The notes beneath the pieces are model-generated. The model made no database searches and was not told where the DNA came from. It saw only the letters and a program-made list of their open reading frames with translations. DNA of 64,000 nucleotides from an uncultured Muribaculaceae bacterium (GTDB lineage: Bacteria > Bacillota_I > Bacilli_A > RF39 > UBA660). Positions 9,486 to 19,530 of this stretch are shown here, piece by piece. Both the position numbers and the translations under genes were made by a program. The stretch's first letter is position 1; each line of letters opens with the position of its first letter. The stretch is taken from NCBI GenBank assembly GCA_964530845.1, contig CAZHBS010000003.1, positions 6,280 to 70,279 on the forward strand, in the 5' to 3' direction.

Positions 9486-10901
9486 ATGAAAAGCAAAATA
9501 GTATGTAAATATATAGGCAAGACGCTTATTTGTTATGCTGCTTTGTTACTTATTCCCTGCCTTATCGGTTTAATATACAAAGAAAATAGTTTGTCATTTT
9601 TATTAACTTCATGTCTAACATTAGTAATGGGTTATATTTTAAGTAGTTTAAAAGTAGAAAGAGTAAGATTTCATGCTAAAGAAGGATTTAAAATAGTTAC
9701 ATTATCCTGGATACTAATAAGTATATTAGGAGCCATTCCAATCATGCTTGATACCAAAGTAACTTTTATTGATGCTATCTTTGAGTCAGTATCGGGATTT
9801 ACGACAACAGGAGCAACAATATTTGATGATGTGTCTAATCTACCACATACTATTCTTTTCTGGCGAGACTTCATGCATTTTATTGGAGGAATGGGAGTAC
9901 TTGCTTTTGTAATGGCAATTATACCATTAACAAAAAATGATAAATCAATGTATGTTCTAAAAGCAGAAATGCCAGGACCAGAAGTATCTAAATTAGTACC
10001 AAGTATTAAGGAAACATTATATTATCTCTATGGAATATATTTTGTGTTAACATTTACAGAGTTTATTCTTTTAGTAATTGCTAAAGTACCAGTATTTGAT
10101 AGTATATTAATTTCTATGGGTACTGCAGGAACTGGAGGATTTAGCCCTCTAACAACAAGTATTGCCACTTATAATATAATGACAAAATGGATAGTTACAA
10201 TATTTATGTTCCTATTTGGAGTAAACTTTAATATATATTTTCTAATCTTAATGAAAGACATTAAAACAGCATTCAAAAGTGAAGAATTAAGAGTATATAT
10301 TCTACTTTATTTATCAACAGTAGTACTTTTAGCAATAAATTCTATCTCATTATATAATAATCTAAGTGAAACAATTTTAAGTGCTTTTTTCAATACTAGT
10401 TCATTCATCAGTAGTACAGGTTTCAGTATTGGAAATGTTAACATTTACCCAACAGTATGTAGAGTATGGATTCTATTTATAATGATTGTCTCATCATGTG
10501 CAGGAAGTACTTGTGGAGGATTTAAAGTATCAAGATTAATTCTTGTCTTTAAAATAATAAGAAGAGATATTCAAAAAATAATTCATCCTAATAGTGTCAA
10601 AGTAATAACATTTGAAGGAAAAAGAGTTCCAGAAGAAATTATTTCCAGTACCAAAGGTTTCATGTTTCTATATATTATTTTATTGTTTATGGTAATATTA
10701 ATAGTAGGCTTAGATAATCATTCATTAGAAATAACTATAAACGCCGCCTTCACGACATTTGCAAATGTTGGTTTATATTTTGAAATACCATCATTCTCAA
10801 TATTTAGTAATTTATCAAAAATAGTTATGTCTTTAGGAATGCTTTTAGGAAGACTAGAAATATATCCAATAATTGCGCTATTAACAAATACAAGAGATTA
10901 A
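9486..10901 (+). CDS. trkH: TrkH family potassium transporter
   Basis: Polytopic membrane protein with selectivity-filter-like motifs SGFTTTGAT and GTAGTGGF. It starts 4 nt after trkA. Confidence 0.9.
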   Translation: MKSKIVCKYIGKTLICYAALLLIPCLIGLIYKENSLSFLLTSCLTLVMGYILSSLKVERVRFHAKEGFKIVTLSWILISILGAIPIMLDTKVTFIDAIFESVSGFTTTGATIFDDVSNLPHTILFWRDFMHFIGGMGVLAFVMAIIPLTKNDKSMYVLKAEMPGPEVSKLVPSIKETLYYLYGIYFVLTFTEFILLVIAKVPVFDSILISMGTAGTGGFSPLTTSIATYNIMTKWIVTIFMFLFGVNFNIYFLILMKDIKTAFKSEELRVYILLYLSTVVLLAINSISLYNNLSETILSAFFNTSSFISSTGFSIGNVNIYPTVCRVWILFIMIVSSCAGSTCGGFKVSRLILVFKIIRRDIQKIIHPNSVKVITFEGKRVPEEIISSTKGFMFLYIILLFMVILIVGLDNHSLEITINAAFTTFANVGLYFEIPSFSIFSNLSKIVMSLGMLLGRLEIYPIIALLTNTRD

Positions 10902-10932
10902 AAAAAATTCGTACAAATTATACGAATTTTTT
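10902..10932. terminator. Bidirectional terminator
   Basis: Stem aaaaaattcgta / tacgaatttttt between convergent genes. Confidence 0.6.
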
Positions 10933-10937
10933 ATTTA

Positions 10938-13900
10938 TTAATGAACTTTCTTCTTATAAAAGAATGAAGTTATAAGCTTATTAATAAGTATAAATAATAA
11001 GACCCAAGCAATAATAAATAAAGTTATAAATCTGATAAGATGAGAATTATCTTTCTCAGCTTTAGTATCATCACTTGTTTTCTTATCATCTTTGTTATCA
11101 GGAACATTTTCCTCTTTCATTGAGCTTTTACTTTTAGTTCCGATAACAGCATATTCACTAAAATGGTCTGTTATAAACTCAACATAATTATCAATAGTAG
11201 CATCAATAATTTCCATAACTTCTCCATTAGAAATACGTGCAAAATAAACACTATCATATTTATCTCTACTAAAATTACATGGAATTTTAACATTAAATGT
11301 TGCATCTTTAAGTAATTTACTATCTCCATCAAAATCAATTTGATAGTAAGCGATTAACTCTTCATTAACACTTAACTTAATTTTTCTATCAGCAACATTA
11401 TTAAGACTTAAATTAGCCTTACCATTTTTATTTTCGATAGTAAAAGTATTATTATCAAATACAATATCAAATTTATTCTCAACAAACTCATTATCTAAAG
11501 AATCATCATCCTTATTGTTATTATTAGAAACTATAGGCTTAGTTATAACAATAGGTTTATTATTGTGATTATTATTGTTATTGTTATTATTGTTATTATT
11601 AATAATAACTCTAATAGTTATACTCTTAGAAACTTTTCTATCAAGAGAATATATAGTAACCACAACTTCTCCTGGATTAATAGCATGCAATAAACCATCA
11701 CTACTTATAGTTGCAATAGAAGTATTGTTTACTTCATAGTGAGCATTATTACTACTAACTTCAGGTGTTGTAACTAAAACATTAATATTAGTACTATCTC
11801 CGACTTTAATAGTATCTTTATCATTCATTATTTTAATATCATATACATTAAAATAACGAGTAACACTATACATTCCAAAAGATACTCTGACATAACCTAA
11901 TCCTGGACTTAAAAATTTAACATTTCCCTCATTATCCATTACTAAATTATTACTTGTTTCCCAATTTAATTTAAAGTTTTCATAATCAGAAAGGACTTTT
12001 AATTCATCATTAATAATGAATTCCAATTGAAGAGTATTATTAATTAAAATACTATCTATACAATTAGAAGGATCTTCTCTAACAATTATGTTACCTAATG
12101 ATTTAATTGTTGTTTCATCATCTATAACGACATGACATTCATCATGATATTCTCCGTAGTGAACAGAAATAACAGCTTCTCCGATACCAACAGGTATAAG
12201 TAATCCATCTTTAACTATAACAACAGATGTATTACTAGAAGACCAAACAACACGGCTCATATCAAGAACTGCATCACTTGGACTATAACTTGTAATTTTA
12301 AGAATAAAATCATCTCTTAATAATAACTCATTATAGTTAAGCTTAATATCTGTTACTTCTACATTTTGAACAGAAACTTTAATAGAAGTGCTAACTCCAT
12401 TAACAGCAGTAACAGTAATAATAGCATCGCCAGCAGATATGGCAGTTATCTTACCGTTATTATCAACGACTGCAACATTAACATTATTAGAAGACCATGT
12501 AAGATTTAAATTATCCGTAGTATTAAGAGGATAAATACTTGCCTTAATTGTTGCAACATCTCCCTTTATTAAAGAAATATTATCACAATCTACAACAATA
12601 TTAGAAATAGGTATTAGCTTCTTATTTACTTTAACGTTAACAGTTTTGCTAACCCCATTAACAGAAGTAATAGTAATAATTGCATCTCCTTCTCCTATAG
12701 CGGTGATCAATCCGCCGTTAGAGACAATAGCAACATTTTCATTACTAGACTTCCATATTAAATCTTTATTTAATGTTGTATTATCAGGATAAACATTTGC
12801 TTTAATAGAAGTAGATTCGCCTTCAACCAAAACAACATTATCTTTATCAACGACTATATCGTCGATAGCAACATCACGTGCCTTAATAACTACTTTAACA
12901 GAAACTTCACATCCATCTTCACTAACAATATGAATAGTTGTCTCACCATTTTTAATAGCAGTAATTAAACCATCATTATCAACACTTGCAATTCTATCAT
13001 CATCTGAATACCACCTTAGTGTCTGAATAGGACTAACAATTGCATTTAATTTAATTGTCTCCAGTTCAAAAAGTTCAACACTAGTTCTATCAATTTCTAT
13101 TTTAGTAGGACTATCTATTATTTCTCTATCTTTAACAGAAATTGTAACAGACTTCTTTTCACTAGCAGCCATAATAGTAATAACAGCATCACCAACACCA
13201 ACTGTTGTGACCTTACCATTACCATCTACAACTGCAACGGACTCGTTACTAGATGTGTATTTAACAACTACATCACTTGGATTAACAGTAACTACTAGAT
13301 TTAAAGATTCTCCAAGAATTAACTGAGTATTGCATTGACCAACTTCTATACTTACTTGTCTATTATCGTTAACTATAACCATCGCTCTAGCAAATAGTTT
13401 ATTTATATTATCATAAGCATTAATATATGTTGTTCCAGAACTAATTCCTGTAATTTTACCATACTCATCGATAGAAACTATATTAGTATCATCACTTGAA
13501 TAAGTTAATTCTTTGTTATCTGAAACAATAGAAGTATTAATAGATTCATTAATATTTAGTTCATATTCATTTTTAGAAAAACTGAAATAATAAACATTAA
13601 CTGGAATTTTTACGCTAATGCCATTTTCAAAAATAGCAGTGATAGTAGATTTACCACTATTATTGAAAATAAATTCTCCTTGTATAAAATCAACAACATC
13701 CATATCATCACTTTCATAACGAATAGGTTTAATAGTTTGTGTACAATCTTTATTTAAACATAAAGATATATTTAAAGCGCTTTTATTAACTATTTCGCCA
13801 TTCTTATAAAACTGAGTAACAGAAACGTTTGCTTCATTTTCTATCTCATAAGATAACGTATCATCTACATCTATTTTTAGTGGATTATCTTTATCATTAG

Positions 13901-14771
13901 TAGTAACTTGAATAATTCCTTTAAAATTAGAACTATCATCATTAACTGTAGCAATAAAAGATATTTCTTCTCCACCAAATGTTGTACTTATAACAGAAGA
14001 ACCAGCATGGTTTGCATATAAACTAGAATTAGTAACTGATACAGCATCAGGATTACTACTAGACCAATCTAACAACTTAAATGAAACATTCTCAGGATAA
14101 TCTGAATTATTAATTGTATTTATAATTAAATTAGTATCAAATGATTCGCCGACATTTAAAGTGATATTTTCTAAATTGTCATGAGAAACATTATAAGCAA
14201 GACTATCTTCATATCTTAAAACATAGCTATTATAAACTTCATTATACTCATTACTTGGTACATACTCGTTTTGTAAACCATTACCAAAATTTTGAACCCA
14301 ATAGTAATAGCCATTTTGTGACTTAACAATACCGATACCTAAAGTAGTATAACTGCTATTTAAGATATTATTTCTATGTGGCGTAGAATTCATCCACATA
14401 TTAAAGACAGCTGTAGGAGTAAGCGCATATTGTGCATAAGCGATATTTTCACCAAAATGATTACCCGCAACTCCATATTCACCAATAACAGTAGACCAAT
14501 GACGATTATCAGTTCTTAAGTGATTTCTATCATAATTAACTGAGATTTCTGTTGCTCGCTTTCTAGATGCATTTACAATGTTTTGATCTAAAGATAAAGG
14601 TTCAACACCAGCTTCGCTTCTTGCATTATTAACTAAGTTAAGTAGGGTAGCCTCATATTCACCCTGAACCAATGTTACATTAGTTGATATATTTCTAACT
14701 TCTGCATTAACGCATAATGGTGCTAACAATAATACAAATAGTATAAAAATCTTAAATTTGTATTTTAACAT
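10938..14771 (-). CDS. Large cell-surface protein with an N-terminal CAP/SCP (YkwD-like) domain, an array of Big_2-type Ig-like repeats, a poly-Asn tract and a C-terminal TM anchor
   Basis: Signal peptide ...CVNA/EV. CAP pattern LVNNARSEAGV...GENIAYAQ...MWMNSTPHRNNIL. Repeated W.SSN..VA.V...G.ITA...G.A.IT modules. TM LIRFITLFIIAWVLLFILI. Confidence 0.85.
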   Translation of the reverse strand: MLKYKFKIFILFVLLLAPLCVNAEVRNISTNVTLVQGEYEATLLNLVNNARSEAGVEPLSLDQNIVNASRKRATEISVNYDRNHLRTDNRHWSTVIGEYGVAGNHFGENIAYAQYALTPTAVFNMWMNSTPHRNNILNSSYTTLGIGIVKSQNGYYYWVQNFGNGLQNEYVPSNEYNEVYNSYVLRYEDSLAYNVSHDNLENITLNVGESFDTNLIINTINNSDYPENVSFKLLDWSSSNPDAVSVTNSSLYANHAGSSVISTTFGGEEISFIATVNDDSSNFKGIIQVTTNDKDNPLKIDVDDTLSYEIENEANVSVTQFYKNGEIVNKSALNISLCLNKDCTQTIKPIRYESDDMDVVDFIQGEFIFNNSGKSTITAIFENGISVKIPVNVYYFSFSKNEYELNINESINTSIVSDNKELTYSSDDTNIVSIDEYGKITGISSGTTYINAYDNINKLFARAMVIVNDNRQVSIEVGQCNTQLILGESLNLVVTVNPSDVVVKYTSSNESVAVVDGNGKVTTVGVGDAVITIMAASEKKSVTISVKDREIIDSPTKIEIDRTSVELFELETIKLNAIVSPIQTLRWYSDDDRIASVDNDGLITAIKNGETTIHIVSEDGCEVSVKVVIKARDVAIDDIVVDKDNVVLVEGESTSIKANVYPDNTTLNKDLIWKSSNENVAIVSNGGLITAIGEGDAIITITSVNGVSKTVNVKVNKKLIPISNIVVDCDNISLIKGDVATIKASIYPLNTTDNLNLTWSSNNVNVAVVDNNGKITAISAGDAIITVTAVNGVSTSIKVSVQNVEVTDIKLNYNELLLRDDFILKITSYSPSDAVLDMSRVVWSSSNTSVVIVKDGLLIPVGIGEAVISVHYGEYHDECHVVIDDETTIKSLGNIIVREDPSNCIDSILINNTLQLEFIINDELKVLSDYENFKLNWETSNNLVMDNEGNVKFLSPGLGYVRVSFGMYSVTRYFNVYDIKIMNDKDTIKVGDSTNINVLVTTPEVSSNNAHYEVNNTSIATISSDGLLHAINPGEVVVTIYSLDRKVSKSITIRVIINNNNNNNNNNNHNNKPIVITKPIVSNNNNKDDDSLDNEFVENKFDIVFDNNTFTIENKNGKANLSLNNVADRKIKLSVNEELIAYYQIDFDGDSKLLKDATFNVKIPCNFSRDKYDSVYFARISNGEVMEIIDATIDNYVEFITDHFSEYAVIGTKSKSSMKEENVPDNKDDKKTSDDTKAEKDNSHLIRFITLFIIAWVLLFILINKLITSFFYKKKVH
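11559..11600 (-). repeat. In-frame (AAT/AAC)n trinucleotide tract encoding N11-H-N2
   Basis: The plus strand reads att att gtg att att att gtt att gtt att att gtt att att. Confidence 0.8.
12357..12872 (-). repeat. Two adjacent, clearly related Big_2 modules (tandem intragenic duplication)
   Basis: Residues about 634-719 and 720-805 align along their whole length (DDIVVDKDNVVLVEGESTSIKANVYP... versus SNIVVDCDNISLIKGDVATIKASIYP...). Confidence 0.6.
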
Positions 14772-14975
14772 CTTCCCTCCTTTCTTAACCCACTATTATA
14801 ATCATTTAGCCCAATAAAATCAAACAAAAAAAGAATAAAATATATAATTTATAATTATATAAACTTAAAACAATATAAATCGTTTTACAAAGAAATAAAA
14901 TTTATATGTAAATTTTAAAATAATTGATGAATAAATATATATAAATATGTTAAAATTGAAATGTAGGAGGCACAT

Positions 14976-15794
14976 ATGATAGAGATTTTAAAAGCAATAT
15001 TATTTGGTATAGTAGAGGGGATAACAGAATGGTTACCAATATCATCAACGGGTCACATGATACTCCTAGATGAATTTATAAAATTAGGGGTTAGCCAGGA
15101 ATTTTATAAATTATTTGAAGTTGTTATTCAATTAGGAGCAATACTAGCTGTTGTTGTAATATATTTTAAAAATATTTGGCCATTAAAAAAAGAAAATAAG
15201 AAAATAGTTTTTGATAAAAAAATTCTAAATTTATGGGGAAAAATTATCGTTGCTTGTATTCCAGCAGCAGTACTTGGAATATTATTTGATGATTGGTTAG
15301 ATGAACACTTGTATAATGCCGTAGTAGTATCAATAGCTTTAATTGTTTATGGTATTGTCTTTATTGTAATTGAAAATAGAAAGAAAGTTACAACCACAAA
15401 AGAAATATCTTATAAGCAAGCATTTCAAGTAGGATTGTTCCAATTATTATCATTAATCCCAGGAACATCAAGAAGTGGATCAACTATTATTGGTGGACTA
15501 TTAATTGGATTAGATAGAAAGACTGTAGCAGAATTTACATTTTATTTAGCAATACCTGTAATGGCAGGAGCATCATTACTTAAACTATTAAAATATGTAT
15601 TAGAAGTAGGTCTTGTATTTACAGGATTAGAAGTTGCAATACTTTTAGTCGCAACAATAACAGCTTTTATAGTAAGTATATTCGTAATTAAATTCTTAAT
15701 TAATTATATCAGAAAACATGATTTCAAAGTATTTGGATACTATAGAATCGCTTTAGGCGTTTTAGTTTTATTATACTTTTTAATAATGAAATAA
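14976..15794 (+). CDS. uppP: Undecaprenyl-diphosphate phosphatase
   Basis: BacA/UppP signature GIVEGITEWLPISSTGHMIL and PGTSRSGSTI. AGGAGG RBS. Confidence 0.92.
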   Translation: MIEILKAILFGIVEGITEWLPISSTGHMILLDEFIKLGVSQEFYKLFEVVIQLGAILAVVVIYFKNIWPLKKENKKIVFDKKILNLWGKIIVACIPAAVLGILFDDWLDEHLYNAVVVSIALIVYGIVFIVIENRKKVTTTKEISYKQAFQVGLFQLLSLIPGTSRSGSTIIGGLLIGLDRKTVAEFTFYLAIPVMAGASLLKLLKYVLEVGLVFTGLEVAILLVATITAFIVSIFVIKFLINYIRKHDFKVFGYYRIALGVLVLLYFLIMK

Positions 15795-15831
15795 AGAGTA
15801 AAGATTATTACTCTTTTTTGGTGGAGGATAT

Positions 15832-16962
15832 ATGGAAGTAGAAGAAAAAAATAAATTAGGATTGATGGTATTTGAAAGTGCCAAAGAATTAGGAGAAAAA
15901 GTAAATGAACACTTACTAGAATTATACAAGTTGGATAAAAAGAATGATTCATTTATAGTTCCAACAAAAGAAAGCTTTTTTGAGGATGGACATTTAAAAG
16001 TAGAAATAGAAGAAACAGTAAGAGGAAAAGACATGTACATATTAACAGATATAGGTAATTACTCCCTTGAATATAAAATGCATGGTCTAATAAATCATAC
16101 ATCTCCTAATGATTTAATAATGCAATTAAAAGATGGAATAGGTGCATGTAACTGTCATGCTAAAAGTATAAACATTATAATGCCTCTTTTATATGCAGGA
16201 AGACAGCACAGAAGAAATACCAGAGAAAATCTAGCTTGTGGTATGCAATTACATGAACTAGATAATATGGCAAGAGTAAAAAGCTTTATTACATTTGATG
16301 CTCATGACCAAGGAGTAGAGCATGCAATACACAATATGGAGTTTGATAACTTTTTACCAACAAATACAATTCTTGAAAGTATGATTAAAGATTTGCCAAA
16401 ATCAAGATTAAAAAAGTTAGCTTTTATTGCTCCAGATAATGGAGCAACAGGAAGAAGAAATGTCTATCTAAATGTTTTTAATTCAAAATATATTACGAGA
16501 GAAGCAGGAAGCTTTATAAAGCAAAGAGATTATAACACTCTAGTAGATGGAAAATATCCAGTAATTGCCCATCAGTATTGTGGCAATGGAGAGTTAGATG
16601 GATATACTGCTATAATCTCAGATGATATGATATCAAGTGGAGAAAGCATGTTTGATGTAATAGACGAATTACATAAGCACAATATAAAGCATATCTATAT
16701 TGTCGTAACTTATGCATTATTTACAAGAGGAATAGATAAATTCAAAAAATATTATAAAGAAAAAAAATTAGATGGAGTATATACAACAAATCTTTCATAT
16801 ATTCCAGATGAATATAAATACGAAGAATGGTTACATGTATGTGATTGTTCAGAATATATTGCTAAAATAATTTATAATATTCATAATGACATCTCTATAA
16901 CAAGTCTTTTAAGAGATAAAACAGAACCAATGAAACTATTAGAAGAGAAATTTAATAAATAA
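15832..16962 (+). CDS. Ribose-phosphate diphosphokinase (Prs) family protein, long divergent form
   Basis: Prs-like blocks are present: DGHLKVEIEETVRGKDMYIL, YAGRQHRR (compare YARQDR) and the PRPP loop IISDDMISSGES. At 376 aa it is longer than canonical Prs. Confidence 0.7.
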   Translation: MEVEEKNKLGLMVFESAKELGEKVNEHLLELYKLDKKNDSFIVPTKESFFEDGHLKVEIEETVRGKDMYILTDIGNYSLEYKMHGLINHTSPNDLIMQLKDGIGACNCHAKSINIIMPLLYAGRQHRRNTRENLACGMQLHELDNMARVKSFITFDAHDQGVEHAIHNMEFDNFLPTNTILESMIKDLPKSRLKKLAFIAPDNGATGRRNVYLNVFNSKYITREAGSFIKQRDYNTLVDGKYPVIAHQYCGNGELDGYTAIISDDMISSGESMFDVIDELHKHNIKHIYIVVTYALFTRGIDKFKKYYKEKKLDGVYTTNLSYIPDEYKYEEWLHVCDCSEYIAKIIYNIHNDISITSLLRDKTEPMKLLEEKFNK

Positions 16963-16987
16963 GTCTATATAATTTTATAGACTTTTC
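16961..16987 (+). terminator. Rho-independent terminator
   Basis: Stem aagtctata / tatagactt followed by T-rich sequence. Confidence 0.55.
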
Positions 16988-17079
16988 TTATGTAAAAAAA
17001 AGTCAATTAAAAAAATATAAATATAAAAAAGTATTTTATGAAATTTCTTTATTATATAATATAAGAGGAGGAATTTGAT

Positions 17080-17976
17080 ATGAAAGAATATATTGATGGG
17101 GATAAATTATATGTAGTTAAAAATAGATTAGGCTTTATCGCAGCCTTAGATCAAAGTGGAGGATCAACTGGTAAAACTCTAGAAAAGTATGGAATTACTA
17201 GTGATAGATATAATAATGAAGAAGAAATGTTTGAATTAATTCATGAAATGCGTAAAAGAGTATTTACATCACCTGTATTTACAAAAGAACATATACTAGG
17301 AAGTATTCTTTTTTATAAAACAATGAATTCAAAAGTAAATGATAAATATACAGCAGATTATCTATGGGAAGATAAAAATATTGTTTCATTCTTAAAAGTT
17401 GATAAAGGACTAGAAGAAGAAAATCAAGGTGTTAAATTAATGAAACCTATTCCTGATTTAGAAGAACAATTATCTCTTGCTAGAGAAAGACATATCTTTG
17501 GTACAAAAATGCGTAGTGTAATATTATCTGCTAATAGAGATGGTATTGCAGAAGTAGTAAGACAACAATTCTTAATCGCTAAAACAATTTGTGATAATGG
17601 TCTAGTACCAATTATTGAACCAGAAGTAGATATAAATATTCCAGATAAAAAAGAAGCAGAAGAAATATTAAAAGAAATAATTGTAGAAATATTAAAAGTA
17701 TGGAATAAAGATGACTTGATAATGTTTAAATTTACAATTCCAACAGAAGAAAATCTTTATGAAGATTTATTAGATTATGATTGCGTAGTAAGAGTAGTAG
17801 CATTATCAGGTGGATATGATAATGAAACAGCATGTAATTTACTTAAGAAAAATAATAAAATGATTGCTTCATTCTCACGTGCATTATTAGAAAATCTAAA
17901 AGATAACCAAACACAAGAAGAGTTTGATAAAGAACTTGATCAAGCTATTAAAAAGATATATGATGCCTCAATTTAA
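17080..17976 (+). CDS. fda: Fructose-bisphosphate aldolase, class I
   Basis: Collinear with staphylococcal-type class I FBA as I recall it: GFIAALDQSGGST, FLKVDKGL, HIFGTKMRS, VPIIEPEV, ASFSRAL. Confidence 0.92.
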   Translation: MKEYIDGDKLYVVKNRLGFIAALDQSGGSTGKTLEKYGITSDRYNNEEEMFELIHEMRKRVFTSPVFTKEHILGSILFYKTMNSKVNDKYTADYLWEDKNIVSFLKVDKGLEEENQGVKLMKPIPDLEEQLSLARERHIFGTKMRSVILSANRDGIAEVVRQQFLIAKTICDNGLVPIIEPEVDINIPDKKEAEEILKEIIVEILKVWNKDDLIMFKFTIPTEENLYEDLLDYDCVVRVVALSGGYDNETACNLLKKNNKMIASFSRALLENLKDNQTQEEFDKELDQAIKKIYDASI

Positions 17977-17999
17977 CTAGTCAATGACTAGTTTTTTTT
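17975..17999 (+). terminator. Rho-independent terminator
   Basis: Stem aactagt / actagtt followed by a T8 run. Confidence 0.65.
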
Positions 18000-18008
18000 A
18001 AAAAGTAA

Positions 18009-18037
18009 TTGCAAACAAATGTTTGAAGATATATAAT
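18009..18037 (+). promoter_or_regulatory. Sigma-A-type promoter of the translesion polymerase operon
   Basis: TTGCAA (18009-18014), 17-nt spacer, TATAAT (18032-18037). Confidence 0.55.
18012..18025. promoter_or_regulatory. SOS-box-like palindrome CAAACAAATGTTTG overlapping the promoter
   Basis: Matches the Bacillus LexA consensus CGAACATATGTTCG at 11 of 14 positions, with a symmetric G-to-A / C-to-T deviation. The loop is too short for a hairpin, so it is more likely a protein-binding site. Confidence 0.4.
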
Positions 18038-18057
18038 AAAGAAAAAGAGGTGGTAAG

Positions 18058-19530
18058 ATGAAAAGAATATATATATGTATAGATTTAAAGAGTTTTTATG
18101 CATCAGTTGAATGCCGAGAAAGAAATTTAGACCCCCTAAATACAAATCTTGTTGTAGCAGACTCATCAAGAACAGAAAAAACAATTTGTCTTGCTGTCTC
18201 ACCATCACTAAAGAAATATCACATACCAGGAAGAGCCAGATTATTTGAAGTAATTCAAAAAGTAAAAGAAATAAATATTGAAAGAAAGAAAAATAATTAT
18301 AATCAAAAATTTACTGGTAAATCATATTTTGATGATGAACTAACTAAAGATAAAACAAAAGAATTAGATTTAATAATTGCAGCACCAAGAATGAAATTAT
18401 ATATGGAGTATTCTAAAAAAATTTATTCAATTTATTTAAGATTTGTTGCCCCTGAAGATATATATGCCTATTCAATAGATGAAGTATTTTGCGATATTAC
18501 TAATTACTTAAAAACATATAAAATGACTCCAAGAGAGTTGATAACAAAAATGATTCAAGAAGTTTATCAAGAAACTGGAATAACTGCAACAGGAGGAATA
18601 GGCTCAAACATGTATCTTGCCAAAATTGCCATGGATATTGTCGCAAAACATACAGATGCCAATGAATTTGGAGTAAGAATTGCAGGACTTGATGAAATTA
18701 CTTATCGAAAATTATTATGGACTCATAAACCTCTAACCTCATTTTGGAGAGTAGGAGCAGGAATTGCCAAAAAACTAGAAGAAAATAATATGTATACAAT
18801 GGGCGATGTTGCAAGAAAATCTATTGAAGACGAAGAATTACTCTATAAACTATTTGGAGTAAATGCTGAATATTTAATTGACCATGCTTGGGGATGGGAA
18901 CCTTGTACTATGGAAGATGTAAAAAAATATAAACCTAAAGTAAATAGTATTTCCTCAGGTCAAGTCCTACATAAACCATATAATTATGAAAAAACAAAAC
19001 TAATCATAAAAGAAATGACAGATGGACTAGTTCTGGATTTAGCAAGTAAAAATTTAGTAACAGAAGAAATAACTCTAGAAATAGGGTATGATACAGAAAA
19101 CTTAAAATTCTACGAAGGAGAAGTAACAGAAGATAGATATGGTCGTAAAATACCCAAACATGCCCACGGAGTAATTCATTTAGATGAGTTTACTGCCTCT
19201 CCTAAAAAGATATTAGATGCGACTTTAAAACTCTATAATAGAATAATAAATAAAGATTTACTTACAAGAAGAATATATGTTATTGCTGGAAATATAAAAA
19301 ATAAAGACTTAGTTCAAAAAGAAAGAAAAATAGAACAAATAGATTTATTTACTAATTATGAAGAAAAGGAAGCAGAAAAAGAAGAAAATAAAAAAGAAGA
19401 GATACTTCAAACAACACTTTTATCAATAAAAAATAAATATGGAAAAAATGCTATTTTAAAAGGAATGAATTTAGAAGAAGGAGGAACTGCAATTGAAAGA
19501 AATGAACAAGTTGGAGGACATCGCGGATAG
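18058..19530 (+). CDS. Y-family (translesion) DNA polymerase
   Basis: N-terminal IDLKSFYASVECRERNLDP and SIDEVFCDIT motifs typical of the UmuC/DinB/YqjW family. Confidence 0.9.
   Translation: MKRIYICIDLKSFYASVECRERNLDPLNTNLVVADSSRTEKTICLAVSPSLKKYHIPGRARLFEVIQKVKEINIERKKNNYNQKFTGKSYFDDELTKDKTKELDLIIAAPRMKLYMEYSKKIYSIYLRFVAPEDIYAYSIDEVFCDITNYLKTYKMTPRELITKMIQEVYQETGITATGGIGSNMYLAKIAMDIVAKHTDANEFGVRIAGLDEITYRKLLWTHKPLTSFWRVGAGIAKKLEENNMYTMGDVARKSIEDEELLYKLFGVNAEYLIDHAWGWEPCTMEDVKKYKPKVNSISSGQVLHKPYNYEKTKLIIKEMTDGLVLDLASKNLVTEEITLEIGYDTENLKFYEGEVTEDRYGRKIPKHAHGVIHLDEFTASPKKILDATLKLYNRIINKDLLTRRIYVIAGNIKNKDLVQKERKIEQIDLFTNYEEKEAEKEENKKEEILQTTLLSIKNKYGKNAILKGMNLEEGGTAIERNEQVGGHRG

Noticed and set aside
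15740-16040. Two minus-strand ORFs (15740-15952 and 15780-16040) over the uppP end and the prs-like start.
   Set aside because: They overlap two supported plus-strand genes, have no RBS and have low-complexity products.
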